Assembly: GCA_000146045.2 (NCBI GenBank)
Contig: BK006946.2
Coordinates: forward strand, 256,001 to 320,000
Length of the DNA: 64,000 nt
Origin: TPA_inf: Saccharomyces
Lineage: Eukaryota
Direction: 5' to 3'
A model generated the notes under the pieces. That model was not told where the DNA came from and searched no databases. It saw only the letters and a list, made by a program, of their open reading frames with translations. Numbering within the stretch: the stretch's first letter is position 1; each line of letters begins with the position of its first letter. Made by a program: the position numbers and the translations under genes. This document shows positions 44,869 through 56,155 of the stretch, one piece after another.

Positions 44869-46485
44869 TTATTCGAAGACTTCTCCAGTAATTGGGTCTC
44901 TCTTTTTGAAAGTCAGTAACAAATCATCTTTTGGGAAAATTGTAGCGAAAACCTTGATTTTTTCACTTAATGGAGTCACTGTATGATGGAAATCAGTATA
45001 TAGTGCAAATTTACCCAACAAAGCGGCGAAGGTAATCATGACATATGTTTGACCTAAGCAAACGTGTGGACCACAACCAAAAACCAACCAATTCTTCTTT
45101 GCTTCACTAGCCTTAGAGCCTTCTACCCATCTTTCAGGGATGAACTCATCAGGATTTTCGTAAACTTCAGGATCATGTAAAGCTGGGTATAAGGTTGGAA
45201 TTAACATAGCGCCCTTTGGTGCGGTATAGTTAGGGGAAACTGGGAAATTCTTCTTAACAACATATGGAACCATCAAGACAGGAGGTCTGTAACGCAAAGT
45301 TTCTTTTATGACCATATTGGTGTACTTCATTTTCTCAATCAAATCCAAGTTCAATTCGGTAGACATGTCATTGTTACGAACAGCCAATTGTTCTTCTCTG
45401 ATCTTAGCTAAGACATCTGGACGGTCAGCAACAATTTGGAACAACCAACAAGCTAAAGAAGAAGAGGCATCTTGAGAAGCAAATAAGAAAGTGAAAACAG
45501 CTTCGGAGATTTCCTTGTTAGTAAACTCTCTGTGGTAGATTCTAGAATCATCATCGTTACTATTCTTTGCATCGTGCATCAACTTACACCAAGCATCCAT
45601 AACACAAACTGGCTTACCACCTGCAGCAATATGATCCTTAGCCATTTGAGCACAGTTTTCGAAAATCTTCATGGCCATGTCTGCAGTTTTCTTACCATAC
45701 CATGTTTTAGTGTAAGGGATAATAATTGGGAAGTTGACTAATTCCAATGCTGCTGTAACCAAATAGTAATCATCAGCAATCTTTCTGACTTGATCTTCGG
45801 TAATATAGTTACCACAGAAAGAGTTCAATGATAAGGCGCAAAGAATTTCTCTCATTTCATGGAAAAAGACCTGGGGCTCGTAGTTATTCTCCTTAGATAA
45901 ACGAACAAACTTATCCATGTACTTATCCATGATTTGTTCCAATGAAGGTAAGTATTGAGCCAAAGCTTGTTTAGTGAAAAGACCGTTTAATGATTTTCTG
46001 TAATCAGTATGAGCTTTACCGTCCAAAAAAACCCAATTGCAAGGTCTTAAGATCTTCACAGCAACATCGACAACGCAAGGTTTGACGAATTTGGAAGATT
46101 GCAAGATCTTTCTTGCCAAGTCTCTAGTAGATGCGATAACAACAAATTTATGGAAAATAGAAACACATGAAAGTGGACCGGATGCCCACTTAGCCTTATA
46201 TTCTTCAAACTTTGGATCTAAGGATTCCAAAAATGGACCGATGATGGGCCAGAACTTAAACTTTGGACCTGCGATGGAACCTTTCTTGATTTGATATGCA
46301 ACTTGGTCCCAAACCAAAAGAATACAGATTAAAGTAGCAAATATTTTCAAATATGACATAGACTTAAGTGTATCCAGGATACTGAAGGCAGTAGTGACGC
46401 CTACAGAGGGCTGGTCTTTAGCCAATTGGTGTAGCGTAGAATTATGAGTGGCATGTTGTATTATATTTTCTGCGACAGAACTCAT
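44869..46485 (-). CDS. ERG5: ERG5; cytochrome P450 sterol C-22 desaturase, 538 aa
   Basis: P450 heme-binding loop FGCGPHVCLG (Cys ligand), ETLR K-helix motif and PERW motif are present, with an N-terminal membrane anchor. Confidence 0.93.
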   Translation of the reverse strand: MSSVAENIIQHATHNSTLHQLAKDQPSVGVTTAFSILDTLKSMSYLKIFATLICILLVWDQVAYQIKKGSIAGPKFKFWPIIGPFLESLDPKFEEYKAKWASGPLSCVSIFHKFVVIASTRDLARKILQSSKFVKPCVVDVAVKILRPCNWVFLDGKAHTDYRKSLNGLFTKQALAQYLPSLEQIMDKYMDKFVRLSKENNYEPQVFFHEMREILCALSLNSFCGNYITEDQVRKIADDYYLVTAALELVNFPIIIPYTKTWYGKKTADMAMKIFENCAQMAKDHIAAGGKPVCVMDAWCKLMHDAKNSNDDDSRIYHREFTNKEISEAVFTFLFASQDASSSLACWLFQIVADRPDVLAKIREEQLAVRNNDMSTELNLDLIEKMKYTNMVIKETLRYRPPVLMVPYVVKKNFPVSPNYTAPKGAMLIPTLYPALHDPEVYENPDEFIPERWVEGSKASEAKKNWLVFGCGPHVCLGQTYVMITFAALLGKFALYTDFHHTVTPLSEKIKVFATIFPKDDLLLTFKKRDPITGEVFE

Positions 46486-46890
46486 TTTGTTAAAAGGTAT
46501 TTATTGTCTATTGGAATAGCAAAATGTGATGTTTTGTTTATTGTGATAAAAATTAAGGAAACAATATAACAAGAAAGAAATGAGTAAGAATAAGATATTT
46601 GGAACAATAGACAATTAGCTTATATATAATTTTTTTCTTCCAACAAGATTCCCTGCTTGCGTATATAAACCAATCAGTCCCTTTGCCTGAAGACAATAAG
46701 GACGATCTTTTACAACCGATTCGATAAAAAATCTTTTCAAAACCGAAACATGAGCTCTCTTCAATAGCGATATAAACACCGGCAGCATATAGACGCAGGT
46801 TTGGGCTATGTTTTGTCAGCAGCGATAAAAGGTACGAGACTTCGCAGACTTAAACGAGGGAAACCTTCTCGAGAACTATGGTAACAAATA

Positions 46891-46973
46891 TTACCCGCCC
46901 CGGAAATTGCGGAACAAATACACTGTCTCTTTACGAGTTTCTCGTTTAAAAAATCCAGGGGTGTGGGGTGTGG
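46891..46973. promoter_or_regulatory. ERG5 upstream region: Reb1-like TTACCCG (46891-46897) and a telomere-like / Rap1-like G-rich tract GGGGTGTGGGGTGTGGG (46957-46973)
   Basis: Both motifs are read directly from the sequence, 400-490 bp upstream of the ERG5 ATG. The local sequence is unusually GC-rich and also includes CCGCGG. Confidence 0.45.
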
Positions 46974-47235
46974 GCGCCCATATGCGCGAACGAGCAGCTG
47001 CTTGTGATGTTTTCCGGGGAACCTCCCACGTTCACAACCGCGCCGCGGAAATAACGAAGTTTTTACGTGTAAAGAGATTACGTCAAAGGAAAGAAGTGTT
47101 CAATGTGTCTATCTTATAGGCGTGATAGATGTCATTTATAACATGAGTCCACCTCATGCATAACGTATGTACATATATGTGGGCGGTAGGGTTTTGATTA
47201 AAGTAACATAATTATCCAAGGAATTCATAGTTGTT

Positions 47236-49593
47236 CTATTTTTCTTGTTTTTTTGTATCATCAGCAGCAATTTCTTCGTTGGAGACATCGCCAGCTCCAT
47301 CAACTTGTGATTTGGATGACTCTGACTCCTTGACAGGTTCTGCTTCACTAGGTTCGTTCGGTTGTGTTGCTTCATCGCTTGTACTTGTTTTTATTTTGTC
47401 AGTATCCGTCGAAGTCAATGCGGAGATTGGTAATTGACTAGATCGTGGCTCCTTTAATGTTTGATTATCTGGTACAGTATTCCCACTGTCTGCTTCCTTA
47501 GACCATTTGGAATGTGATGCCGATTCAGATTCCACTCTTGGAAGGGTGATTCCTGTATGGATACTTCCCACATTTGATTCAGATGATTGATTTGTGTTTG
47601 TTGTAGTTGGAGAAGGTGTCAAAGGCTTTGAATCTGCAGGTGTAATGCCTAATGTACTTGCCGAATTCATTGTGGCGTTGCGTGGATACGATAAGGGTGA
47701 AGCTATGTTGCCCATCAGTTGTTGTTTCATCGGCATTGTTGCCGAAAGGGTCTGTAGGTTAGTTATAGTATGTCCTTCTAGTTGGTTAGAGTTAGGCATT
47801 GTGCATTTTTTCAAGGGCTTTTCACCCGCAGCGATTGTACTTACAGCTGGTATAGAATTATTGGGTATAATTTTGTTGTTCAAATTCATTGAGGAGTATG
47901 TCAGCTGAGCAGCAGATATATTTGAAGGACCATTAGGATTTTGATAGTTGTTAATAGGTTGATAATAGGTACGCGGACTGATGGATTTAATACCAGTGCT
48001 ACTGCTACTACTACTGCTATCATTGCTTGGATTATTTTGTTTCAATACGCTCTGAATATCCCTGATGAACAAGGGATAAAGATAGTCAGCAATTTTTTCT
48101 CTTTGTGCTATTGCTAGGGCACGCTCAAACGGTATCCAGACACCCTTCAAATGCATGGAACCAATCTTCACCACATGCCTGATTTTTTCCGCTTTTAGAA
48201 TACCATCTCTTCTACCTCTTGTCATCTTAGTTACATTCAGAAGTTTGGTACCATTAACCATATCATTATCTGCTCTTCTTACCACTGAAATACCGTTAGC
48301 TTCTACCTGATAACATAGCGTTTTTTCATCCTCCCACATTGTTGTTGTTACTCTTGGCCTTATTATACTTGCCGAAGTGCCGCTGGTGTTACTGCCTGTG
48401 GCATTGGTAGTGGCGATTAAGGGCATCGGGTGCCTTATGGTAGTTGTTTGGAAAGAATTCATGGTTTTAGCCATTGAGTCATACTGTTGATCTGACACTC
48501 CGTGCCTATTTGCAGTTAAATAAGTTTCTTGATCAGTAGAGGGTTTAACTGGTGGAGTTATAGAATTTCCATCATACAACGGGCTCACCTGTTGTTGTTG
48601 CTGAGGCGGTAGCAAACCCACTTGCGGAAGATTGTAGCTTAAAGGTCCATTTTGGCTGGTTGGACCTTGAGTTGGCGTTGTTAATGATCTTGGAGGAATT
48701 GGAGAATGCGAGTTTGGAATTGACGAAGTCTTGTGAAAACCGGGGTATTGGTAGGTGGAAGGTTGTGGATAGTTTGACATTGGAGGCTGCTGAGCTAAGG
48801 ACGAGATACTATTACTATTGCGACTAGTGCGATTAGAATTGGGAGACATAGAGCCACTGGACGAATCAGAAGGTGGTCCAGATTTACTGAACTTTGAAAA
48901 TGCATTACCTATCTTTGGTGGTTGGGCCGGATACGTTTGAGCTTGTAATTGTTGTTGCTGCTGGTGTTGTTGCTGTTGTTCAAAGGTTGAGTAGGTTTTT
49001 TCCAAATTGGGGTTTTGGACTTGATTACTGGTTACAGATGGTGTTGCACCGTTAGTGGTTCCATCGCCGTTTGCAGGATAATAATAATACGCTTGTGGAT
49101 ACGAATATGCCATTGATTGTTGGGCTTGCATTTGGGGAAAATAATAGTAGTATGGTACATTGTTACTGATATTAGTACTGTTATTGCTTTTTTTGGTGGT
49201 GATTGCAGAACCATTCGGTAACGCAGTTGCAGTAGCGTTGGAAGGAACACCTACAGACGTGGAAGGTGGATTGGAAGCATTTGAGTCAGAACCGCTACTC
49301 TGAAAGGATTCTTGAACTTGATACATCTGAGGCTGGGATTGCAGTTGCTGTTGAGACTGGGATTGCGGCTGCTGATAATATTGCGGGTACGGCCACTGTT
49401 CAGGAACTACGTATTGGTAGGATACGGGCATCAGAGGTTGAACGCTCTGGCCGAGATATTGTTGTTGTTGCTGCTGCTGTTGGGTGGACTGGCCAATAGT
49501 ACTTTCGCTATTGCTCACGGCACTCATATTTGATTCCTGGCGCATGCGGTTGGACTTGATATCATTCGTATTGATTGGGTTACCGATGGGCAT
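47236..49593 (-). CDS. SOK2: SOK2; APSES-family (KilA-N) transcription factor with poly-Gln tracts, 785 aa
   Basis: It has an APSES DNA-binding domain ([20 protein letters not shown] ... [18 protein letters not shown]) and several poly-Q runs (QQQQQQQQ and [10 protein letters not shown]). It is preceded by a long 5' region of about 1.9 kb. Confidence 0.92.
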   Translation of the reverse strand: MPIGNPINTNDIKSNRMRQESNMSAVSNSESTIGQSTQQQQQQQQYLGQSVQPLMPVSYQYVVPEQWPYPQYYQQPQSQSQQQLQSQPQMYQVQESFQSSGSDSNASNPPSTSVGVPSNATATALPNGSAITTKKSNNSTNISNNVPYYYYFPQMQAQQSMAYSYPQAYYYYPANGDGTTNGATPSVTSNQVQNPNLEKTYSTFEQQQQHQQQQQLQAQTYPAQPPKIGNAFSKFSKSGPPSDSSSGSMSPNSNRTSRNSNSISSLAQQPPMSNYPQPSTYQYPGFHKTSSIPNSHSPIPPRSLTTPTQGPTSQNGPLSYNLPQVGLLPPQQQQQVSPLYDGNSITPPVKPSTDQETYLTANRHGVSDQQYDSMAKTMNSFQTTTIRHPMPLIATTNATGSNTSGTSASIIRPRVTTTMWEDEKTLCYQVEANGISVVRRADNDMVNGTKLLNVTKMTRGRRDGILKAEKIRHVVKIGSMHLKGVWIPFERALAIAQREKIADYLYPLFIRDIQSVLKQNNPSNDSSSSSSSTGIKSISPRTYYQPINNYQNPNGPSNISAAQLTYSSMNLNNKIIPNNSIPAVSTIAAGEKPLKKCTMPNSNQLEGHTITNLQTLSATMPMKQQLMGNIASPLSYPRNATMNSASTLGITPADSKPLTPSPTTTNTNQSSESNVGSIHTGITLPRVESESASHSKWSKEADSGNTVPDNQTLKEPRSSQLPISALTSTDTDKIKTSTSDEATQPNEPSEAEPVKESESSKSQVDGAGDVSNEEIAADDTKKQEK

Positions 49594-51488
49594 GACAAAA
49601 GGACCTTACCAGGGTTATATAAGGATGATTTTGTACTGTGCTTAACAAATCCACTTTCAATTTCTGAAAACAAAGATCAAAAAGGTTTTTTTTTTTTATA
49701 CAATTGTGAAGTATGTTTAATGAAAACAGCACAAAATGATATCTCTCTGCTTGCAATATAAAAAGCTATGGAAAAGGATTATCAACTATACTAGAAGGCT
49801 TACACACGCACAGGCACACACAACTAATGCAAAAGATAGTGGGGAAAAACTTCAAAAACTAACAAAAAGAAGTGTTAAAGATGAACTTTTTTCTTTTGTA
49901 TCGTCGGCTTGCCACATTCGATAAGTTAATAAAACACAAACGGGCAACACATCTACGTACTTTTTATGTGAAGACAAGAGAAAGAATACATCACTGATAC
50001 GTGCGTCTATTGCGCAGCACTGTACTATTGCGAAGAACTGAGTGAAGGCAAAGAATGAGATGATCGATGCTTAGCCGACTGTTAAACTTACTGAGCGGTA
50101 GCCTCTACTAGTTCCTTAGTCAGATCGCACTCAACTTGGAATGTTCCGTCAGGCCCACGGAAGAAAAAGCAACAAAAGAAAGAAAAACCGGACAACATGC
50201 GGGAAAAATGCAAACTGTGTGAGGGAAAAATTAACTTTAAAGATTACATCAACGGCGGGAAAAGATCCTTCCGCAGTCCTTCTACTGCGGTTTCCCTGCA
50301 GGCACAGCTAACCGGAGGGAAGACAAGTCAAGCGGACATGCAGTTCCCGCTCAGGCTTCTTTGCAGAGAAATCGGAATATGAATTTTTTGTGTTTTTTGT
50401 TAACTTCTTTACCATTCGCATCACGGGAAGAGTGTGTTGGCATAAGAGGCGCAAGAAAAAGGTGACCCACGGTGGTGGGAAAGAGAAGAAAAAGCCGTTT
50501 GCGGAAAGCAATGTTTTGCCCATTCAGAAACAATATCTTTGCTGTATCCCTACATGTATTATGCCGCGTTGCTTGTGCAGGTACGGAGTCCCTGCACGAT
50601 TTTTCAACAAGGTCTAGATTTGCTAAGACGATGAGGCGGAGCCCGAAACAAACAAGCCAAAAACCGGAATTTCGCGCTTGGTGTGCTTTCGCATCTTTTC
50701 GTGTGGTGAATGCACCTGGTGCACGCTGCGAAGGTGACGTAGCAATCCAAAAAAGGGAAGTCTAGGCGCTTTCAACCGCCCCCCACCGTGCATGCGGATT
50801 GGTTGTCACAATTCGCAGACATATTGGCAATGTTTCCTCCCCTCCTGTTGATGCGGGTAAGGGGTGTCTGTTATGCAGGAACAGGAAGGTAAAAATTAAA
50901 TGGGCCTTAATTCTGTAGACACTCTCTTGGGGTAATAAGGTTAAAAGCCATTGTTGAAGTACGGAATCATCTCTTCATTTTTTCAGCGCTTGTAAGGAAT
51001 TAATCCCCAGGAAGGTGCCGATGTAATGAGAGAAGTATTCTTGTTGTATCTCTTTGGTTCGGAGTATTTCCTTCTTTCTTTTCTTTGTAGTTTTTATGCA
51101 AATGCAGGGAACAGAGTACCCGGTTAAGGCTGTTAGTCAGCCGCACTCTACACAAAATTACTTGGCAAACACGTTGGTTGGGAAAAGCTTTATACTTGGC
51201 GGTGTAGTAATTGTAAAGGATCAAGATTGTGTCATGCTAATGTGCCGCTGTGTAACAACCTTTTTGAAGCGCGTATTTACCACCGGCAAAAGGCCATTGT
51301 GTCACATAAAAAAAAACTCCCGCCAAAGCCAGGTTCATTTTGCATAAGATTCACCACAGTACGGAAAATACGATAAGTTAACCAGTAATTTGCTCGCTTT
51401 AGCTACTGATAAACCTTCTCTGTTAACACTATTATTTTTTTATTACTTTAGATTTTTCCGTTTGTGAATAGCCATTTTTAGATATATA

Positions 51489-52682
51489 ATGGGGTTCAGA
51501 AAAATACTTGCTAGCAAATCGCATCACAGTCGCCACCATAATCAGCACCATAAGAACCTGAAGTTGCAAAATCATCGCTATGTACTTATTTCCAATATTA
51601 CAGGATCCCATGAAACAAAATATTTATCACCCTTCAGGATGGACAATTGTTCAGGAAGCAGAAGACGTGATAGGCTACATGTGAAGCTTAAATCCTTGAG
51701 GAATAAAATCCACAAACAACTTCACCCAAACTGTCGGTTCGATGACGCCACTAAGACTAGTGATGATAAATGCGTCTCTTATGAGGTGCCCGAAAGGGAT
51801 GGCCTTGCTACTATTTCGTTAGAAGAGGTTTTTCCAAAGTCCAACAGGTGCCAAATACCTGAAGAAAACTTGGGAGAAACAGATAGCGTTATTCACAGAG
51901 ATTTGGGAAATTTTGCAAATGAGAATGACTATCCACAGTGGAGAAAAGTTGAAAGTCAATATAACTTAGAGAATGTCCAGCCTGAGGAGGATGAAATAGT
52001 TGATAGACTCAGGTCCGAGATTAGAAGCACTAAATTAAAATCTGTAAAAACGACAAGCAGAACACTTGAAAAAGCTATAGAGGCTCGATGTACTGGAAAG
52101 AGAGTTCTTCAACAACTAAGTTGTCAGAGCAACCAACTCACCAAGATCGAGAGCAATTGTGACATGCTTAAAATTCAATCTAACGTAGCCGACCGAAAGA
52201 TTGACGAACTTGCCCATGAAAATAGAAGCCTGCTTGCATTAAAATCACCCAACCCCTTCAGGAAGAAAAGGGAGAGAGAAAAGCGAGACCAGATCTACAA
52301 TTTGAAGTTAAAGCATCGTCACTTACAGCAAGAAACTATGAAAAGAGCCCAAGATTCTGACAAAAATTTAGCCATAAATCTAAGTTCTGAATATGGACGG
52401 TATGGCCAAGGGGTGGAAAGACAGCGTATTCTTAGAGATGCCCAGAAGTATCAGTTTGAAGCCGATGAAGAAGATAACCAAATGGAAATCGACTTGTACG
52501 GAAACCTAGAACAAATAAAAGCGGTGAGTGGTGACTTGAAAATTATGGCTCACGCTTTTGGCAGAGAGTTTGAAGCACAAAACACTAGAATGTTTGACAT
52601 CGAGAACAATGTACAGCAGGCAGATAATGCTTTACAGGCCAAGCGATATAGATTGGAGAAAGTGATCGGGAAAAGATGGTGA
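51489..52682 (+). CDS. SPO20: SPO20; sporulation-specific SNAP-25-like t-SNARE, 397 aa
   Basis: The C-terminal half carries two SNARE-type heptad coiled-coil regions, and the N-terminus is basic. Length and position match. Confidence 0.82.
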   Translation: MGFRKILASKSHHSRHHNQHHKNLKLQNHRYVLISNITGSHETKYLSPFRMDNCSGSRRRDRLHVKLKSLRNKIHKQLHPNCRFDDATKTSDDKCVSYEVPERDGLATISLEEVFPKSNRCQIPEENLGETDSVIHRDLGNFANENDYPQWRKVESQYNLENVQPEEDEIVDRLRSEIRSTKLKSVKTTSRTLEKAIEARCTGKRVLQQLSCQSNQLTKIESNCDMLKIQSNVADRKIDELAHENRSLLALKSPNPFRKKREREKRDQIYNLKLKHRHLQQETMKRAQDSDKNLAINLSSEYGRYGQGVERQRILRDAQKYQFEADEEDNQMEIDLYGNLEQIKAVSGDLKIMAHAFGREFEAQNTRMFDIENNVQQADNALQAKRYRLEKVIGKRW

Positions 52683-54207
52683 TCTGTTATACACACAAAA
52701 TATCGTGTATAAATATATTGAATAAATAGTTTCTAAAAAGGCATACGCAGATATTCTTGCGAAAGAGAAAAAAAAAAGAGCGAGGGGGACATTAGTACTG
52801 AAGGTCTCAATTCTTCTTTGTATTTTCTTTCGGAGTTGTCAGACAAAGCTTTCTCTTTCCCATAAATAAAGTGCATTCAAACATCGGCAGGTTTGTTTTT
52901 CCCAGTTGTTACGTATTTGTTTCCCGTTCCATTCATGATCTTAAACTGGGTTAACTGAAAAATCAACATGATTTTGTGAAAAGTAAAAGAGGGTAAGAAA
53001 GATAGATACCGCTGTCGTGGGACTATATTTTTTACAGTACCAAGTCTACTTGCTTCTCATAAAGTTGATAAGTTATAATTCATATAATTTCATTTGTCAA
53101 AAAAGATTTTAGTTACAAAACGATATCAAAGTTCAATCTTGTTGGGAAAAAGGAAAACATTATGAAGGGTTTCCGGTAATCACTGCGTATGCCACACTAT
53201 TCCTATAGAATTGTCTTGATTGGGTGCTTATGCTGCGGAAAAATTATATTCTGCGCTTGCCTTTTATATTAAGCGTCACAACGCCCTTACCAAGATCGAG
53301 CGGATTAAGACAAGAGTGTATCTCAAGCGTCCGTATATGTTTAAGTTGAAAAGGATATTTAGTAAGAATAATTCTACCCTACAAACGATATTAGTAAAAA
53401 AAAAAATCAATAATAGAGTTATTGTACAAACATGTTCTGAAAATTGGAAGCATCACATCGTATGCTACTAGAGAAAATTTTTACTATCCTTTTTTCCACA
53501 AGCCCAGCCCTAGCCCGATCATCCTATTAATTGTCAGACCACCGAATGCTATCCCGCCACGGTTGATATAACGAAACTCTTTACTGCTTTGGGTCAAATA
53601 TGCCTCTTTTCCGCATTTTTTCGGAGTAGTTCATTGCCGCATACATACCGCAACTTGGACGAGGATGTCCTCCTTCTCTTACTTTTTTATTCGTTTCCAA
53701 TTTGTTTCTCGTACCGTTCAAGTTTCAAGCCTACAAGAAATGTACACGACATGGATGCGTCAGCCTGATTCAGATATGACAAGATTGTTCCTGCGCATAT
53801 GTGAATATGAGCGCACGCAATACATTGAGATCTTATTTGGGTTTGTAAGTGCAAACTTAATTTACTTTGCTTCCTGCCGGTTTTGATGTGCACCTGGGAA
53901 CTTAAATAGCCGCCAAAAGAAAAGCAATCAGAGCGGCGCGGCGCAGACAAAACCCGAAGAGTTTCCTGGGAACGGTAGAGGCCTTGGTAGTACCTTACTA
54001 ACGCCGGAGAGGATGATTGATACGCATTGAAATCGTACAGAAAACTTGGGGCAAAGCGCTCTTACCCCAATATTCTCACCCAAACAGTGGCAATAAATAA
54101 AGAAAAGGTCATCACTTTTTTTCGTACTCTTATCCGTTTTATTTTATTTTATTCTTTTTTTTTGAGTGGAGAATCATTAAGAATAAAGGGTACCTTTTGT
54201 AAGCACG

Positions 54208-55752
54208 ATGAACGAAGTTACTTGTTCCATAACTGGTGACAACCCAATTCATAAGATCAACAATGGATTAGGCTTGAAATGGAATAATCTGGGTAAATTC
54301 TCTGATTTTCAGACTAACGATAGCGCCGCGCGAGATGCTAGAACAATAGATTACATCTTTACCAATTGTCAAACCGGCAGCAGTATTGGTAAGATAGATT
54401 TTCGGGCCGCACTACCGGCAGATAAATCTCAACATAGTGGTGTCAGCGAAAAAGAATTTTCAAGACTTGAGAACCAGTGGTCAAAGGAATTCTCTTGTTT
54501 CCCCAAGAATAAAAATGCTGATGTGACCAAGCCCAGTAGAAACAAACATGAGAAACGCTCCGCTAATTTGCACAATAGGTACTTTGCACAATATTATAGT
54601 ACGGCATATCAGCAAAATCGTATATATCCTTGTCGAATATCTTACAATGAACACTCATCTGTTTCTAATGGCTGGGAATTTCAGTTCAAATCAATCGAAA
54701 ATCAGTTACTAAATGAGCTAAAGATAGAAAACAATGTAGAAGAAAAAACTGTTGGTTATGAATATGTGGCAGAATACGAAGAAACAATTGATTTCATGCA
54801 TATGCTGTCATCCGTACCACAAACATATCAATTCCTAAAATCAAACATCTACATAACGGAACGGGACCCATATAAAATAGGATGTGTACTAATGGACAAC
54901 GGTTCCAATTTGAACGAAGTAGTAATGGCCTTTGAAGCAGCCATTTCACAAGATCCAAGCCATATAAATGCATGGTTGAAGTTAGGTATAGTTAATTTTG
55001 AAAATGAAAGCGAAAGCAATGGAGAGCTTGCTTTGCGAAATTGCTTAAATTTGGATCCAAATAATACAATTGCATTGGAAAACTTAGCAATTCACCATAT
55101 AAATCAACAAAATGAATCAGAGTCATTGAAACTTTTTCACAAATGGATTCTTTCAAAATTTTCGAAGGTTTTCCAACCTTCTGCGGGGGAAAACAAAGAT
55201 AGCATTAATAAAATTCCGAAAAAGGCCCATTTGGCGCATATTCTAGAATCCCTGTTGAATATGGGTATAGAAAAAAAAGATCAGTATGATATATATTCAG
55301 TATTATCAATCTTATATTATTCGGATCAGAAAATAAAGCAATCTCAGAAATGCTTAGAGTTTTTACTACTGGAAAAGCCCAATAATGGAACAATATGGAA
55401 TAGATATGGTGCTATTTTGGCCAATACTAAGTCGTATCACTCTGCGATAAATGCGTACAATAAATGCAAACAACTAAGACCGAATTTTACAAGGGTTCGT
55501 TATAATTTAGCGATCGCCTACATGAATAAGGGTGACTATGTAAAAGCAAGCAAAATGCTAATCGAAGTTATACTGTTACGAAGTAAAGGATATGAACACA
55601 ACAAAGCAAAAATGCAAAACAAATTTATGCAAAATTTAAAAAATGCTCTCATCGCTTCAAAAAATTTTGATTCACTTGATCTAATAAATGGTTCTCATAA
55701 TACAGAATCGTTAATATCAACCTTAAAAGCTATTTATAACAAAATGGATTAG
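54208..55752 (+). CDS. PEX9: PEX9 (YMR018W); Pex5-like TPR-repeat peroxisomal import receptor, 514 aa
   Basis: C-terminal TPR repeats typical of PTS1 receptors are present ([13 protein letters not shown] ..., [47 protein letters not shown]). Confidence 0.8.
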
Positions 55753-56155
55753 GTTTTAGTTAATTTTTTTGCTATATAGTGCATTCAAAATAAAAAAAAT
55801 TAAAGCTGAAACAAACCAAATATGCTATTGGACGTTCGAAAAGCTAATTGCGTAAAGGAACACTAAACACAGCAAGCTTATGCTAGTTCTTCTCAAAAAT
55901 ATAAGTTCCTCTTGCAAGAATATGAAGGTAATTTCACTTTATCGCGCAAGTGCATATTTCTGAGTTTACTATGTGCTTCGTCTGAAACCTCTCATTATCT
56001 ACTTAATATCGGCTATTCATCTCACGTATTCACGTAATATTTGATTTTTGTACTACTATTTCTCTCTGTCATACGTGCATGATACATTTCCTTGTTCAAA
56101 TTAAAAGAGTCACCGTCAGCCTCTCAAAACAAAGAAAAAAGATACCCGGCTGAAC

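Noticed and set aside
53838-54040. Intron-like signals in the SPO20-PEX9 intergenic region: a GTAAGT at about 53841, a perfect TACTAAC branch-point motif at about 53993, and a CAG at about 54037.
   Set aside because: The putative flanking exons (ORFs 53665..53886 and 54027..54239) are short, low-complexity and have no recognisable homology, and GTAAGT is not the preferred yeast 5' splice site. A chance TACTAAC in 64 kb is expected.
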